Of a stretch of 64,000 nt of DNA, positions 1-9,234 are shown in pieces (the first letter of the stretch is position 1; each line of letters starts with the position of its first letter). The DNA comes from an uncultured Spirochaetales bacterium. GTDB taxonomy: Bacteria > Myxococcota_A > UBA9160 > SMWR01. The stretch covers positions 12,842 through 76,841 of the forward strand of contig CAZBSV010000005.1 of the NCBI GenBank assembly GCA_964494795.1, read 5' to 3'. The notes below the pieces were generated by a model that was not told the origin of the DNA, did no database searches, and saw only the letters and a list, made by a program, of their open reading frames with translations. A program made the translations under genes and the position numbers.

Positions 1-1819
1 GTGCGGAAACGACCATCAGGTCTGCGAGTTCGTCGATGATCACGACGATGAAGGGGAGGCGTCGATACGCGACCTCTTGTCCGTCCTCCTCTTCGGGTTT
101 CGGCTTGAGTCGGTAGGTCTTGTTTCCTGCGGCGAGTTCCCGATCGACGCGTTCGTTGAACTGGGTGATGCTTCGCACCCCGAGCGCAGCCATCATCTGG
201 TAGCGTTCCTCCATCTTGCGAACGATGCCGCCGAGCGCAGCTGCAGCGCGCTTCGGATTCGTCACGACGTCCGCGATCAGATGCGGGATCCCGCCGTAGA
301 CGGATAGTTCCAACAGCTTCGGGTCGACTAGTAGAAGCCTGAGTTCGTCGGGTGTCGTGCGACATAGAAGAGAACACAAGAGTGAGTTGAGAAATACGCT
401 CTTGCCCGTTCCAGTGGATCCCGCGACGAGCAGGTGCGGCATCTTCGCGAGGTCCGCGTGGCTCGGATTGCCGAAGATGTCCTTGCCGAGCGCAATCGTG
501 AGCAGCGATTTCTCCGCTCGCAGCGAGTCGGACTCGAGAATATCTCGCAGATAGACGGTCTCGCGGTCGGGGTTCGCGACTTCGATTCCGACTACGGATT
601 TTCCCGGGAGAGGCGCGATGATCCGAACCGACAGCGCGCGAAGCGCCAGCGCGAGGTCGTCGGCGAGGGTCACGATGCGGTTGACCTTGACGCCCGACGC
701 GGGTTCGAACTCGTACATCGTGATCACGGGACCCGGATGCACGGTCACGCAGCGGCCGCCGATCCCGAAATCCTGGAGTTTCTTTTCGAGGATGCGCGAG
801 TTCATGATCAGGCTGTCGCGGTCGTACTTGTGCGAACCCTCGGGCGGGCGCTCGAAGACGCTGATGTCGGGCAGCTGATAGGGACCGCGGCGCTCCTCGC
901 CGAACGAGAACGTCTCCTGCACGCCTTCGCGGCGGGGGCGCTCGGCGATGTGGTCCACGATCGTCGGCCCCGCAGCGCCGCCGCGCTTGGGAGCGCGTGC
1001 GGCCTCAACCGAGCGCCCCGCGGCTGACGCATTGGAATCCGCAGTTTGCGCTATTGCACTCGCTGAATCGTCCGCCGCAGCGGCCCTGCGGCGCCGGGAT
1101 CGCCGCTCCCGCCAAACGCGAATGGACCGCGATCCACTCTCGAGCCCGCCGATCAATTCGGCTCCGCCGCGCCGCAAGCCTGCAAAACTGCTCATCAATG
1201 AATTGCCGAGTGCGAGAGCCGCGGAGCCGATCGCGGCGGCCGACCAGCCGAGCCCGATTCCGAGGCGGGCGAGCAGCGCACCCGCTGAGATTCCGGTGGC
1301 GCTCAGCACCCCGACCAGCCCGAGGACGGCGTTGCCGATCACCACACCCCAGGAGCCCACGAGCCAGATTTCGCGCTCGGCGAGAAAGGCTCCGACGGCG
1401 CCGCCCTCTTTGCCCGAGTAGACAAAGGGCGAGGCCTGCTGGACGATCGGCGCCAACGTCGAAATCGACAGCAGGAGCGCGACGCTCGCGAACCAGAAGC
1501 GCGACATCGGTCCAGGCAATCCCCGGCCGAGGATCAGTCGGGCTCCGATCGCGCCCGACGCGATCACCAGAACCGCGGACGCGTAGCCGAGTGTGCGGAA
1601 CAGAATTGCGGCCACCGCGGCCCCGATGACGCCCGCGCGGTTGGCGACCTCGACGCGCTCGAAGATCGGATCTGCTGGCGAGTACGTCGCGAGCGCGAGA
1701 AGCGCGAGCACCGACGCGCCGACCAGCGCGAATCCGACGCATTCCTCGGCGACTCGCCGTGAGATCGGCGAACCGGATCGGCTTGCGGACCGGCGCTTGC
1801 TGGCGGCAGTCCTAGCCAC
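1..1819 (-). CDS. ftsK: DNA translocase FtsK/SpoIIIE; the C-terminal part runs off the window start
   Basis: Absent from the ORF track because it is open at the edge. My minus-strand translation gives a GTG start at 1819 (MARTAASKRRSASRSGSPISRR). Several hydrophobic N-terminal helices follow. Then comes MPHLLVAGSTGTGKSVFLNSLL (Walker A) and FIVVIIDELADLMVV (Walker B). Confidence 0.85.
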   Translation of the reverse strand, partial: MARTAASKRRSASRSGSPISRRVAEECVGFALVGASVLALLALATYSPADPIFERVEVANRAGVIGAAVAAILFRTLGYASAVLVIASGAIGARLILGRGLPGPMSRFWFASVALLLSISTLAPIVQQASPFVYSGKEGGAVGAFLAEREIWLVGSWGVVIGNAVLGLVGVLSATGISAGALLARLGIGLGWSAAAIGSAALALGNSLMSSFAGLRRGGAELIGGLESGSRSIRVWRERRSRRRRAAAADDSASAIAQTADSNASAAGRSVEAARAPKRGGAAGPTIVDHIAERPRREGVQETFSFGEERRGPYQLPDISVFERPPEGSHKYDRDSLIMNSRILEKKLQDFGIGGRCVTVHPGPVITMYEFEPASGVKVNRIVTLADDLALALRALSVRIIAPLPGKSVVGIEVANPDRETVYLRDILESDSLRAEKSLLTIALGKDIFGNPSHADLAKMPHLLVAGSTGTGKSVFLNSLLCSLLCRTTPDELRLLLVDPKLLELSVYGGIPHLIADVVTNPKRAAAALGGIVRKMEERYQMMAALGVRSITQFNERVDRELAAGNKTYRLKPKPEEEDGQEVAYRRLPFIVVIIDELADLMVVSA

Positions 1820-2163
1820 ATCGAACCCGCTGTCGAGTCAGCCTCTCACCCCCTGGGAAGGCGTCGCTTCCAGGGTAGGCGGCGCCCGTCACCCGTTCAA
1901 GAACTCGGCAACAAAGAACTCGCCCGCGGGGCGGCCGGCTGAAGCGGCGCTGAAGGCGCTCCGCGCTGATTCGTGGGCATTCGCGAGTCGGTCCGCTGCT
2001 ACGCGATCGAGCACCGCTTGGCGAAGTCGATGAGACCGCGGGTTCACAGCGACACAGGTCGATCGACGACAATTCGCGATGCTTGAGGGATCGAACGGTT
2101 GACGTCTTGCTCCGTCGGCGGGATGATGGGTCGTCACCCTGCAAAACGACGGAGAAGACATTC

Positions 2164-2601
2164 ATGGCGAGCGTAAACAAAGTCATTCTGGTTGGAAATC
2201 TCGGGCGGGATCCGGAACTTCGATACATCCCGAGCGGTCAGGCCGTCGCGAACTTCACACTCGCGACCAACGAGCGCTGGCGCGACAAGGAAGGAAACAA
2301 TCAAGAGCGAACGGAGTGGCACCGCATCGTCGTGTGGGGAAAGAGTGCTGAAAACTGCGCCCAGTTTCTGCAGAAAGGACGCAGTGTGTACGTCGAGGGC
2401 AAGCTTCAGACCCAGGAGTGGGAAGACAAGGAAGGCATCAAGCGCAAGACCACCGAGGTCGTCGCGCAGACGGTGCAGTTCCTGGGCGGACGGGGCAGCG
2501 CTGAGACGAGCGGCGGATCTACCGGGGATTCCGGTTCGTCCGGCGGAGATTCCGGCCCCGGCGAAGCCTCGGGGCCGCCGCCGAGTGACGTCCCGTTCTA
2601 G
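2164..2601 (+). CDS. ssb: single-stranded DNA-binding protein
   Basis: ATG at 2164 lies inside track ORF 2083..2601. [21 protein letters not shown]...WHRIVVWGK is an OB-fold core. A Gly/Ser-rich tail ends in PPSDVPF. Confidence 0.93.
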   Translation: MASVNKVILVGNLGRDPELRYIPSGQAVANFTLATNERWRDKEGNNQERTEWHRIVVWGKSAENCAQFLQKGRSVYVEGKLQTQEWEDKEGIKRKTTEVVAQTVQFLGGRGSAETSGGSTGDSGSSGGDSGPGEASGPPPSDVPF

Positions 2602-3011
2602 ACCGAAGCGTCCGGTTCAGCTGCGCTCTTGGAGCGGAGCTTCTGGATGATTTCATTGATCTGTTCGCGGACGTCCGCGGCGAGATTCTCGAATTCGATT
2701 GCCATGCCGACGGCTCCATCGGGTCCGACCTGATCCACGCTGATCGAGCGCACCACATTGCCGACGACTTCGACCGGCCTTTCCGCGCCCGGCAGCTTGA
2801 ACTCGAGCTCGACGTTGGTTCCGACGGGTTGCGGCGCTTCGGTTTCGACGAAGATGCCACCATCATTGATGTTGCGCGCGAATTCGGAAAAGAACGAATC
2901 AACGGTCTGATAGTTGACGCGTACGACGAATTCTGCGCGCGGCGAGTTGCGCCGCTCGATCGCATCGATGAAGCGCGGAGACACGGCTGCTTGTAGCTGC
3001 GGTCTGGCCAT
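2598..3011 (-). CDS. PilZ domain protein (putative c-di-GMP binding)
   Basis: 137 aa. It has an RxxxR-type motif (RRNSPR) and [11 protein letters not shown], resembling the PilZ RxxxR / D-x-S-x-x-G motifs. Its stop shares the CTAG at 2598-2601 with the convergent ssb stop. Confidence 0.65.
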   Translation of the reverse strand: MARPQLQAAVSPRFIDAIERRNSPRAEFVVRVNYQTVDSFFSEFARNINDGGIFVETEAPQPVGTNVELEFKLPGAERPVEVVGNVVRSISVDQVGPDGAVGMAIEFENLAADVREQINEIIQKLRSKSAAEPDASV

Positions 3012-3134
3012 CGGCTTCGATCCCGGGGGCGCCTGGTTGCGGGCTCCACTTTGCGAAACCTCTCATCGGCCGATCCGGCCCGCCCCCTTAGCCCGTTCTC
3101 GGCTCGAAATCCGCCCTGATTGCCCAATTTCGGC

Positions 3135-3809
3135 TCAGAGTTCGCCCTGCTCGCGGAGGCTGCAGAAGCCCCGCTCGGCGACCACAATGTGATCCAGAAT
3201 GCGCACGCCGAGAATCTCCCCCGCGCTCGCGAGCCGTGCGGTGATCTCACGGTCTTCCGCGCTCGGTGTCGGATCGCCGCTCGGATGGTTGTGGACGAGC
3301 ACGAGCGCGGCGGCGGCGTCGCGCAAGGCGGGTCGAAATACTTCGCGCGGATGCACGAGGCTCGCCGTGAGGGTGCCCTGGGAGATCATCTCCGAGCGCA
3401 GCACGCGATGGCGGGCGTCGAGCAGAATCACGAGGAAATGCTCCTGGCGGGCGTCTCTCAGGCTCGGGTGGAAGTGGTGGTAGACGTCCGACGGGCTGCG
3501 AATCACGGCTCCCGCTTGAAGCCTCCGGCCCGCGAGTCGGCGCCCGACCTCGAGCGCGGCTCGCAGGCTCGCACTCTTGGCGGGTCCGATTCCGCGAATG
3601 CTGGCGAGTTCGCGGCCGCTCACCCGCGACAGCCCTTGGAGCCCTGCGTGGCGTTTGAGCAAATCCGTCGCCAGCGCCAAGGCGCTGCTGCCGCGACTGC
3701 CGGTGCGGAGCAAGAGGGCGATCAGCTCCGCGTCACTCAGAGCAGATGAGCCCAGCGCGTCGAGGCGTTCGCGGGGGCGGTCCGGAGGGTCCGATCGAGA
3801 GCCGCGCAT
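3135..3809 (-). CDS. radC: RadC-like JAB domain protein (UPF0758)
   Basis: 224 aa. It has an N-terminal helix-hairpin-helix region (IRGIGPAKSASL). The C-terminal JAMM motif is LVLVHNHPSGDPTPSAED. Confidence 0.9.
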   Translation of the reverse strand: MRGSRSDPPDRPRERLDALGSSALSDAELIALLLRTGSRGSSALALATDLLKRHAGLQGLSRVSGRELASIRGIGPAKSASLRAALEVGRRLAGRRLQAGAVIRSPSDVYHHFHPSLRDARQEHFLVILLDARHRVLRSEMISQGTLTASLVHPREVFRPALRDAAAALVLVHNHPSGDPTPSAEDREITARLASAGEILGVRILDHIVVAERGFCSLREQGEL

Positions 3810-3893
3810 TTTCGCTCCCGGGACCGGGGCGTGACGACTATAGCGCTCCGAAAGCGCCTCGGCGGCACGTCTTCGCGATCTGATTTCGAAGAG

Positions 3894-5138
3894 CTATGGG
3901 CCCGAGACCGAAGTTCGCGCGCTGCAGCGCCGCTCGAGATCTTCGGCGAAGTCGGAGATGCCGTCGAATTGCTCGCGCGACATCTCCGGCGCGATCACGC
4001 CTCGCAGTGTGTTACGTCGATCGCGGTCAGTCGGTTCGAGTTCGGCCACGAGTTCCCGCAGCAGGGAGAGATAGCCGACAGCTTCGGCTGATCGGGCGCT
4101 CGCGGCTGCGAGATCGATCGGTTTCGACGGGAGAAACTTCGTGGTGTCTGTTAGCTCGATGAGGCCATCGGGCGAGAGTTCTCCGAGACGCCGCAGTGCC
4201 GACTGCAAGTAGGGGGCGAGAAACGCCGCCGAAGGAGTGAGTGCCCTCGAGAGCGCTTCGGGGTCGAGCCGCGAGCGCATCGCGCGGTCGAACTCGAGCC
4301 CGCATCCGAAGACCTTCGAGCGCTGAATGCGGTCCAGCGCCTGTTGGCATCGGGCTAGCGCCGCTGCGTTTCCCTCTGCGGGAACGAGTTCGACACTCAA
4401 ATGATGCAGATCGCGAATTGCGTCGTAACCTTGTGTGGATCGAACGTCTAGCCCCTTTTCGGCGGAGGCGTCGAGCCGAGCCCACACGACGAGATCTTCC
4501 CCCAGCTGCTCGGCGCGCAGTGTTTCGATACCGGCACTCGAGACGCTCTGCATCGAATCGGAAGCGCGATCCGAAAGGCGGGTGCGCGACAATACGATCG
4601 AAAACCCGTCCGACATCTTTCGCAAGCGGAAGACCGTAGCCTCGGTCGTGAGAAAGCGAAGCGATTCGCGACCCGAGAGGCGTGTATGGGTGATGGCTTG
4701 TAGGCGATTTGGCAGCGGGGAAAGATCGATGGTCGCCTGCGTTTCGAGGGATCGGACCTCGACGCTGACTTCCTCGTGTAGGAAACCATCGAGCACGACG
4801 CGGATGGCGACCGAATCGCGCGAGCCGGCATCGATCCGCTTTGGGAGCAACAGCAGGACCGGTGATTCGGCGCGTTCGAAGCGGAGCTGGACGTTTTCTC
4901 TCAGATAGAACAGGTCGAGGCTCGCGCCCGACGGTTGGGTGTCGATTTCGAGCGTCCGCTCGTCGTACCAGTAGCCGGGCCCACCCCGGAACAATCCGGT
5001 GATCGGGGCGAAGAGTCTTCCGATCGTCCAGCCCGATCGCGTCGGGGGAATCAAGTCGACGGTCGCGCGCTCGGCCGCGATCGCGGGCAGCGCGATGAGC
5101 GCGATCGCCAGAAGTCCGATGGGTCGTGTCTTCGCCAT
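3894..5138 (-). CDS. hypothetical secreted protein
   Basis: 414 aa with a clear signal peptide (MAKTRPIGLLAIALIALPAIAAERA). No motif recognised. It lies directly downstream of the ECF sigma/anti-sigma pair. Confidence 0.55.
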   Translation of the reverse strand: MAKTRPIGLLAIALIALPAIAAERATVDLIPPTRSGWTIGRLFAPITGLFRGGPGYWYDERTLEIDTQPSGASLDLFYLRENVQLRFERAESPVLLLLPKRIDAGSRDSVAIRVVLDGFLHEEVSVEVRSLETQATIDLSPLPNRLQAITHTRLSGRESLRFLTTEATVFRLRKMSDGFSIVLSRTRLSDRASDSMQSVSSAGIETLRAEQLGEDLVVWARLDASAEKGLDVRSTQGYDAIRDLHHLSVELVPAEGNAAALARCQQALDRIQRSKVFGCGLEFDRAMRSRLDPEALSRALTPSAAFLAPYLQSALRRLGELSPDGLIELTDTTKFLPSKPIDLAAASARSAEAVGYLSLLRELVAELEPTDRDRRNTLRGVIAPEMSREQFDGISDFAEDLERRCSARTSVSGP

Positions 5139-5236
5139 GGTGTCGGGTTTGGCGGGGGCGTCAGCGTAGCCACCGGGAGATCCCGACGATAACCGATTGC
5201 ACCGTGTTACGTCGCTTCCGCGGATTCGGTGGTGGG

Positions 5237-6061
5237 TCAGTACGACGCGGGGACGACCCTCAGATTCGTCACGGGTATCGCAGGCATCGGATCGAACTCA
5301 GCCGCCAATGGGCCCGCCAGGGGATGGGCGGTGGCGCGGAGTTGACCGGCTACCGCCTGCGCGTCGCCGCGGCGACCCGCTCGAACCACGAGCGGCGCGA
5401 CCCTGGAGCGCCGCTCCATCTCGGCGATCTGGTCGAGCTGACGCAGAAAGCCTCCCGGATCGAGTTTGGCGCGGTCGAGCTGTTCGTCGAGATCCAGCTG
5501 CTGAGAATCGGGATCGACCCGACCGTAGAAGCCGACGACCATCTCTCGAGGATCCGGACGATAGAAGCGATTGGCGGCGGTTCTCTCGATTGCCGCGAGG
5601 CGCGGCTGGATCGCCCGGACGTTGGCAAGCGTCGGAGGTGAAGTCTCCCACATCTCGATCAATTTCGCGTCTACGACGCCTTGCGCGATCGGTGCGACCG
5701 CCACGACTTCAGGAGCGTGTACCCAGCTGGTCTCCACGCTCGTGAAGATCGCAAATCCCACGAATCCCGCCGCCATTGCAGCGGCCACGCGCGGGTCGAA
5801 CAAATGTCGCATGGCGGTCGAAATCCGCCGCGGCCGAAATTCTCCGCTTTCGATTCGCTGCATCACCTCGCGGCCCATCTCGCTCGGCGGCAGGCAAGGC
5901 GGGAACGATCGGAGCAGTGCAATCGTCGATCTCAGCTCGCTGAGTTCTCTCGCACAGCTCGGACAACGACCCAGGTGTTCATCGACCCGGGCACGAAACG
6001 ACAGATCCAGATCTCCTTCGAGATGATCGCCGAGGTGGGAGCGTATCCTCGTGCAATTCAC
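5237..6061 (-). CDS. anti-sigma factor, zf-HC2 type, single-pass membrane
   Basis: The N-terminus is C-x..H-x3-C-x2-C (MNCTRIRSHLGDHLEGDL...HLGRCPSCARE). There is a central TM segment (AAAMAAGFVGFAIF). It overlaps the upstream sigma gene by 4 nt. Confidence 0.7.
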   Translation of the reverse strand: MNCTRIRSHLGDHLEGDLDLSFRARVDEHLGRCPSCARELSELRSTIALLRSFPPCLPPSEMGREVMQRIESGEFRPRRISTAMRHLFDPRVAAAMAAGFVGFAIFTSVETSWVHAPEVVAVAPIAQGVVDAKLIEMWETSPPTLANVRAIQPRLAAIERTAANRFYRPDPREMVVGFYGRVDPDSQQLDLDEQLDRAKLDPGGFLRQLDQIAEMERRSRVAPLVVRAGRRGDAQAVAGQLRATAHPLAGPLAAEFDPMPAIPVTNLRVVPASY

Positions 6062-6783
6062 GTTCCTTCTCCTTTTTTACCAGTCGACACGAGTCCCTTC
6101 AGACGATCGCGAAGCGCGCTTCGCGCGCGATGGATTCGTGACTTGACGGTGCCTTCGGGAATCTCGAGCACGGCCGCAATTTCTCGGTACGAGAGTCCTT
6201 CGATGTCGTAGAGAACGGTTGCGGCTCTGAGGTCGGCGGGCAGTTGGAGCAACGCCTGCTGCACTTGTTTCTGCACCTGCACGCCGTAGGTGGCGGCCTC
6301 GGGGTCGCGGGGCGTCGACGGCAGATCGTCGCCCGCCGCGTTACGCGACTGAAGTCTGGCGATGCGGGCGTTCTTGCGTCCGAGCGTTCGGCGTCGATTG
6401 AGGGCCGCGTTGGCGGCCACGCGATAGACGAAGGTGGAAAAGCGCGCGTCGTGGCGGAAGCGGTGGCCGTGGCGGTAGAGGCTGATGAACGTCTCCTGCG
6501 CGACATCTTGCGCTTCTTCCCGACTGCCAAGCATCCGCATCAGGAGGCCGAAAACGCGCGATTCATGCCGCCGGATCAGGCTCTCGAACGCGCTCGTGTC
6601 ACCGGCCTTCCAGCGGCTGACCAGATCTCCGTCGGGGTCGACGTCGCGATAATCTCCGGTTTTCACCGAAGTCAGGGGTGTCGTCGCGTCGAGCGTTCCA
6701 CAGCCGGAAGCAGTCATCGCCTGGCTCTGACACCGGTCCGCCGGGTTTGGTTCTCGGGAACTCGCGTCATCTCCGCCCAACAC
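6058..6783 (-). CDS. ECF-type RNA polymerase sigma-70 family factor (start uncertain)
   Basis: Region 2 is AQDVAQETFISLYRH...FSTFVYRVAANAALN. The region 4 HTH is EGLSYREIAAVLEIPEGTVKSRIHRAR. Confidence 0.85.
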   Translation of the reverse strand: MLGGDDASSREPNPADRCQSQAMTASGCGTLDATTPLTSVKTGDYRDVDPDGDLVSRWKAGDTSAFESLIRRHESRVFGLLMRMLGSREEAQDVAQETFISLYRHGHRFRHDARFSTFVYRVAANAALNRRRTLGRKNARIARLQSRNAAGDDLPSTPRDPEAATYGVQVQKQVQQALLQLPADLRAATVLYDIEGLSYREIAAVLEIPEGTVKSRIHRARSALRDRLKGLVSTGKKGEGT

Positions 6784-6786
6784 CGG

Positions 6787-7308
6787 TCACCCCCCGGAGG
6801 GGTCCGAAGCTAGCGTCGATTTGCCCGGGCGCTCCCACGACCCGCTCTTGCCGCCGCTCTTGTGGACGAGCTCGATTCCACCGATCGAGATTGCGCGATC
6901 GATCGCCTTGCACATGTCGTAGATCGTGAGGCAGGCGGCGGAAACCGCCACGAGCGCCTCCATCTCGACCCCGGTTCGGGCGTGGGTTTCGACCCGAGCT
7001 TCGATTCGCACGCGTGATGCGTCGGGATCAGGTGTCAGCGCGATCTCGACGCCGTCGAGCGGAAGCGAGTGGCAGAGCGGAATCCACTCGTCGGTGCGCT
7101 TCGCGGCCTGGATTCCGGCCAATCGCGCGGTGTGGAGTACGTCGCCCTTGGCGATTCGGCCTTCTGCGATGCAGGCGAGGGTTTCCGCGGCCATTCGCAC
7201 TTCTCCACGCGCGATGCAGACGCGGTGCGTCACCGCCTTGTCCGCCACGCCGACCATCTGGGCGCGGCCGCTCGCGTCGACGTGTGAAAGTTTTCCCGCC
7301 ATTGGCAC
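6787..7308 (-). CDS. moaC: cyclic pyranopterin monophosphate synthase MoaC
   Basis: LSHVD..G.A.MV.V..K..T.R.A, then IPLCH, then [23 protein letters not shown]. The length (~170 aa) is typical. Confidence 0.9.
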   Translation of the reverse strand: MPMAGKLSHVDASGRAQMVGVADKAVTHRVCIARGEVRMAAETLACIAEGRIAKGDVLHTARLAGIQAAKRTDEWIPLCHSLPLDGVEIALTPDPDASRVRIEARVETHARTGVEMEALVAVSAACLTIYDMCKAIDRAISIGGIELVHKSGGKSGSWERPGKSTLASDPSGG

Positions 7309-7326
7309 CCCCCAGGTCCTCGAAAC

Positions 7327-8238
7327 CTAGCCGAGTTCGCGAATCCAGCCGGTGAGATCGTCGAGGACCTCGCGCCGCTCCGGCTCGTTGAAGATTTCGT
7401 GCCGCAACCCAGGATACGTGCGCAGCCGCCGCTGGGTCAGCTTGAGCTGCTCGAAGAAGCCGCGGCTTCCCTCCACGGGGCAGAGCCGGTCGTCTTCGCC
7501 GTGCAGCAGCAGCATCGGAACCCGCACCGCTGCCGCAGCGGCAACGGTTCGCTTCATCGCGGACAACATCTCCGCCGCGAGCGAGACCGCGATCCGCGTC
7601 TCTACGAGCGGGTCTTCGAGAAAGGCGCGGACCACCTGCGGGTCGCGCGAAAGGGTTTCCGGGTCGAGTCGGCTCGCGAACGACAGGCGGGGCGCGAGCC
7701 ACCTCAAGCCGCGGAGCATGCTCATGCGCGCGCGAGAGAGATCTGGGGGCGTGGCGAGCGCCGCACCCGAAGTCGCGACGCCAGCTACGTCCGGGTTTCG
7801 CTGGCTCGCATACGCGGCGACCAGCAACCCCCCCATGCTGTGACCGACGACAACGATCGGCAGCGGCGTTTGCTCGGCGCGCAGCGCCGAGACGAAGCCT
7901 TCGAGGTCGTCCAGCAGGTCGTCGAATCGGCGCACGTGACAGCGGACGCCGTGCGAGCGGCCGTGGCCTTGCTGATCGTAGGCGTGGACCGCGAAGCCCG
8001 AGTGAGCCAGATCCGTCGCGGTGCGTTCGTAGCGGCCGCTGTGTTCCCCGTAGCCGTGAACGAGAACGATGATTCGCTGCGGTGTCGGCGGTAGCCACGC
8101 GCGTCGAAACAACAGGTGTCCGGTCGCTCCCTGGATGTGCGATTCCGTGCGGCGGATCGCGGCGTGGATCGACTCGGGGGCGCGCTCGTGATCGCCGGCT
8201 AGGCGCTGGTCGCCGGATAGGCCCGTCGGGGGATTCAA
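7327..8238 (-). CDS. alpha/beta hydrolase, lysophospholipase / monoacylglycerol-lipase-like
   Basis: VLVHGYGEHSGRY, the nucleophile elbow GHSMGG, and a late LLLHGEDD...RHEIFNE. Confidence 0.8.
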   Translation of the reverse strand: MNPPTGLSGDQRLAGDHERAPESIHAAIRRTESHIQGATGHLLFRRAWLPPTPQRIIVLVHGYGEHSGRYERTATDLAHSGFAVHAYDQQGHGRSHGVRCHVRRFDDLLDDLEGFVSALRAEQTPLPIVVVGHSMGGLLVAAYASQRNPDVAGVATSGAALATPPDLSRARMSMLRGLRWLAPRLSFASRLDPETLSRDPQVVRAFLEDPLVETRIAVSLAAEMLSAMKRTVAAAAAVRVPMLLLHGEDDRLCPVEGSRGFFEQLKLTQRRLRTYPGLRHEIFNEPERREVLDDLTGWIRELG

Positions 8239-8777
8239 GACTCGGATGCGCCGCGAACCGCCGCGCGCGCTTTCTTGACGCGATCGAGATAGGCGACGCT
8301 GCGGATGTCGGATCCCCAGAAGTAGGCCGAGACGCCGTCTTCCTCACCGAGGCGGCGGATGTTGTCGGCGAGAATCCAGCAACCGGCCTCGATGTTCGTC
8401 TCGATCGCCGCGAGGCTCCCCGCGAGTTCGAGCGATTCGGCGACGTGCGGCATGACCTGCATCAGCCCGATCGCGCCGAGTCGGCTGCGAACCCAGGGCC
8501 GCGCGCCGCTCTCGACCCAGAGCACCTGCGTGACGAGAACGGGGTCGAGCTCGTATTTTTCGCTGTACCGGATCACCGCGGCCGCGATCCGCCGGATTTC
8601 GTTCGGCGACAACGCCGCATTCGCCTGATCGAGAAAGCGCATCAACTGGGTTTCGTCGAAGCGGGCCGGTTCGAGACTGGCCGCGACTTCCACGACCTCT
8701 ACCGGCTGCTCGGCGCGCGTACCCGACAGCATCAACGTGGCGATTGCGATCAACGCTACGACTCTGGTTCGACCCAT
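8235..8777 (-). CDS. lytic transglycosylase (SLT domain), secreted
   Basis: Internal ATG at 8777 of track ORF 8235..9206 gives a signal peptide (MGRTRVVALIAIATLMLSGTRA). The SLT core is VLWVESGARPW...SRLGAIGLMQVMP. The upstream 143 codons look like GC-shadow extension. Confidence 0.75.
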   Translation of the reverse strand: MGRTRVVALIAIATLMLSGTRAEQPVEVVEVAASLEPARFDETQLMRFLDQANAALSPNEIRRIAAAVIRYSEKYELDPVLVTQVLWVESGARPWVRSRLGAIGLMQVMPHVAESLELAGSLAAIETNIEAGCWILADNIRRLGEEDGVSAYFWGSDIRSVAYLDRVKKARAAVRGASES

Positions 8778-9234
8778 CTCATACCCCGCCTTTGGTCCGG
8801 TCTGTTGCGTTGGATTCGGGCTAAGTTTCTCGACGGCGTCTCCGGGCGCGCTGCGATTGGATCCGATCGATGGCTGGTCCCAAAGAAGTTGGCTTTGCGG
8901 CCACGCAAAGCCCCCGCGGGGGGTCGGGTGTGTTCGGTGGCTCCGATGCGGGCCGGAGCATAGGCAAGCCAACGCACTCCTTCCACGCACCCAGCCGGAT
9001 CGCCGCCTCCGGAGCGCCGGGGGCGCCTGGACCGGCGCGCCCACTGAATGACGCTGTCCCCAAAGCTTTCGTTGACCCAGGGTTTTTTGCGGTGATACCA
9101 TCCGTCGGCCTTGGACAGGGGCGGGGGTGGGCATAGGCGATCCTGGGTGCGCGCTCTTACGCGCTGGAGGTCGGTCAAATCGAATTGACCGCTCCACGCG
9201 GAGCATTGGCAGCTGCAGTGGTGTCTGGAGTTGA

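Noticed and set aside
1005-1742. 245-aa minus-strand ORF in the track at the ftsK locus
   Set aside because: It is the wrong frame. The frame starting at the GTG at 1819 gives coherent TM helices and continues into the FtsK motor domain, whereas this ORF is Arg-rich nonsense.
2099-2127. Sigma-70-type promoter for ssb (TTGACG-17 nt-GATGAT)
   Set aside because: The spacing and position are plausible, but the -10 is weak and similar hexamer pairs occur by chance. Without TSS data it is not reported as a feature.
7028-8347. 439-aa Arg/Pro-rich minus-strand ORF
   Set aside because: It is a different frame of the same strand as the moaC, hydrolase and SLT genes. Its composition (runs of R, P, A) is non-protein-like.
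8778-9206. N-terminal extension of the SLT ORF, or a possible ncRNA in the 457-bp gap
   Set aside because: The extension has no signal peptide and odd composition, while the internal ATG at 8777 gives a clean signal peptide. I looked for RNase P, tmRNA, SRP and 6S hallmarks in the gap and saw none, so no RNA gene is called.
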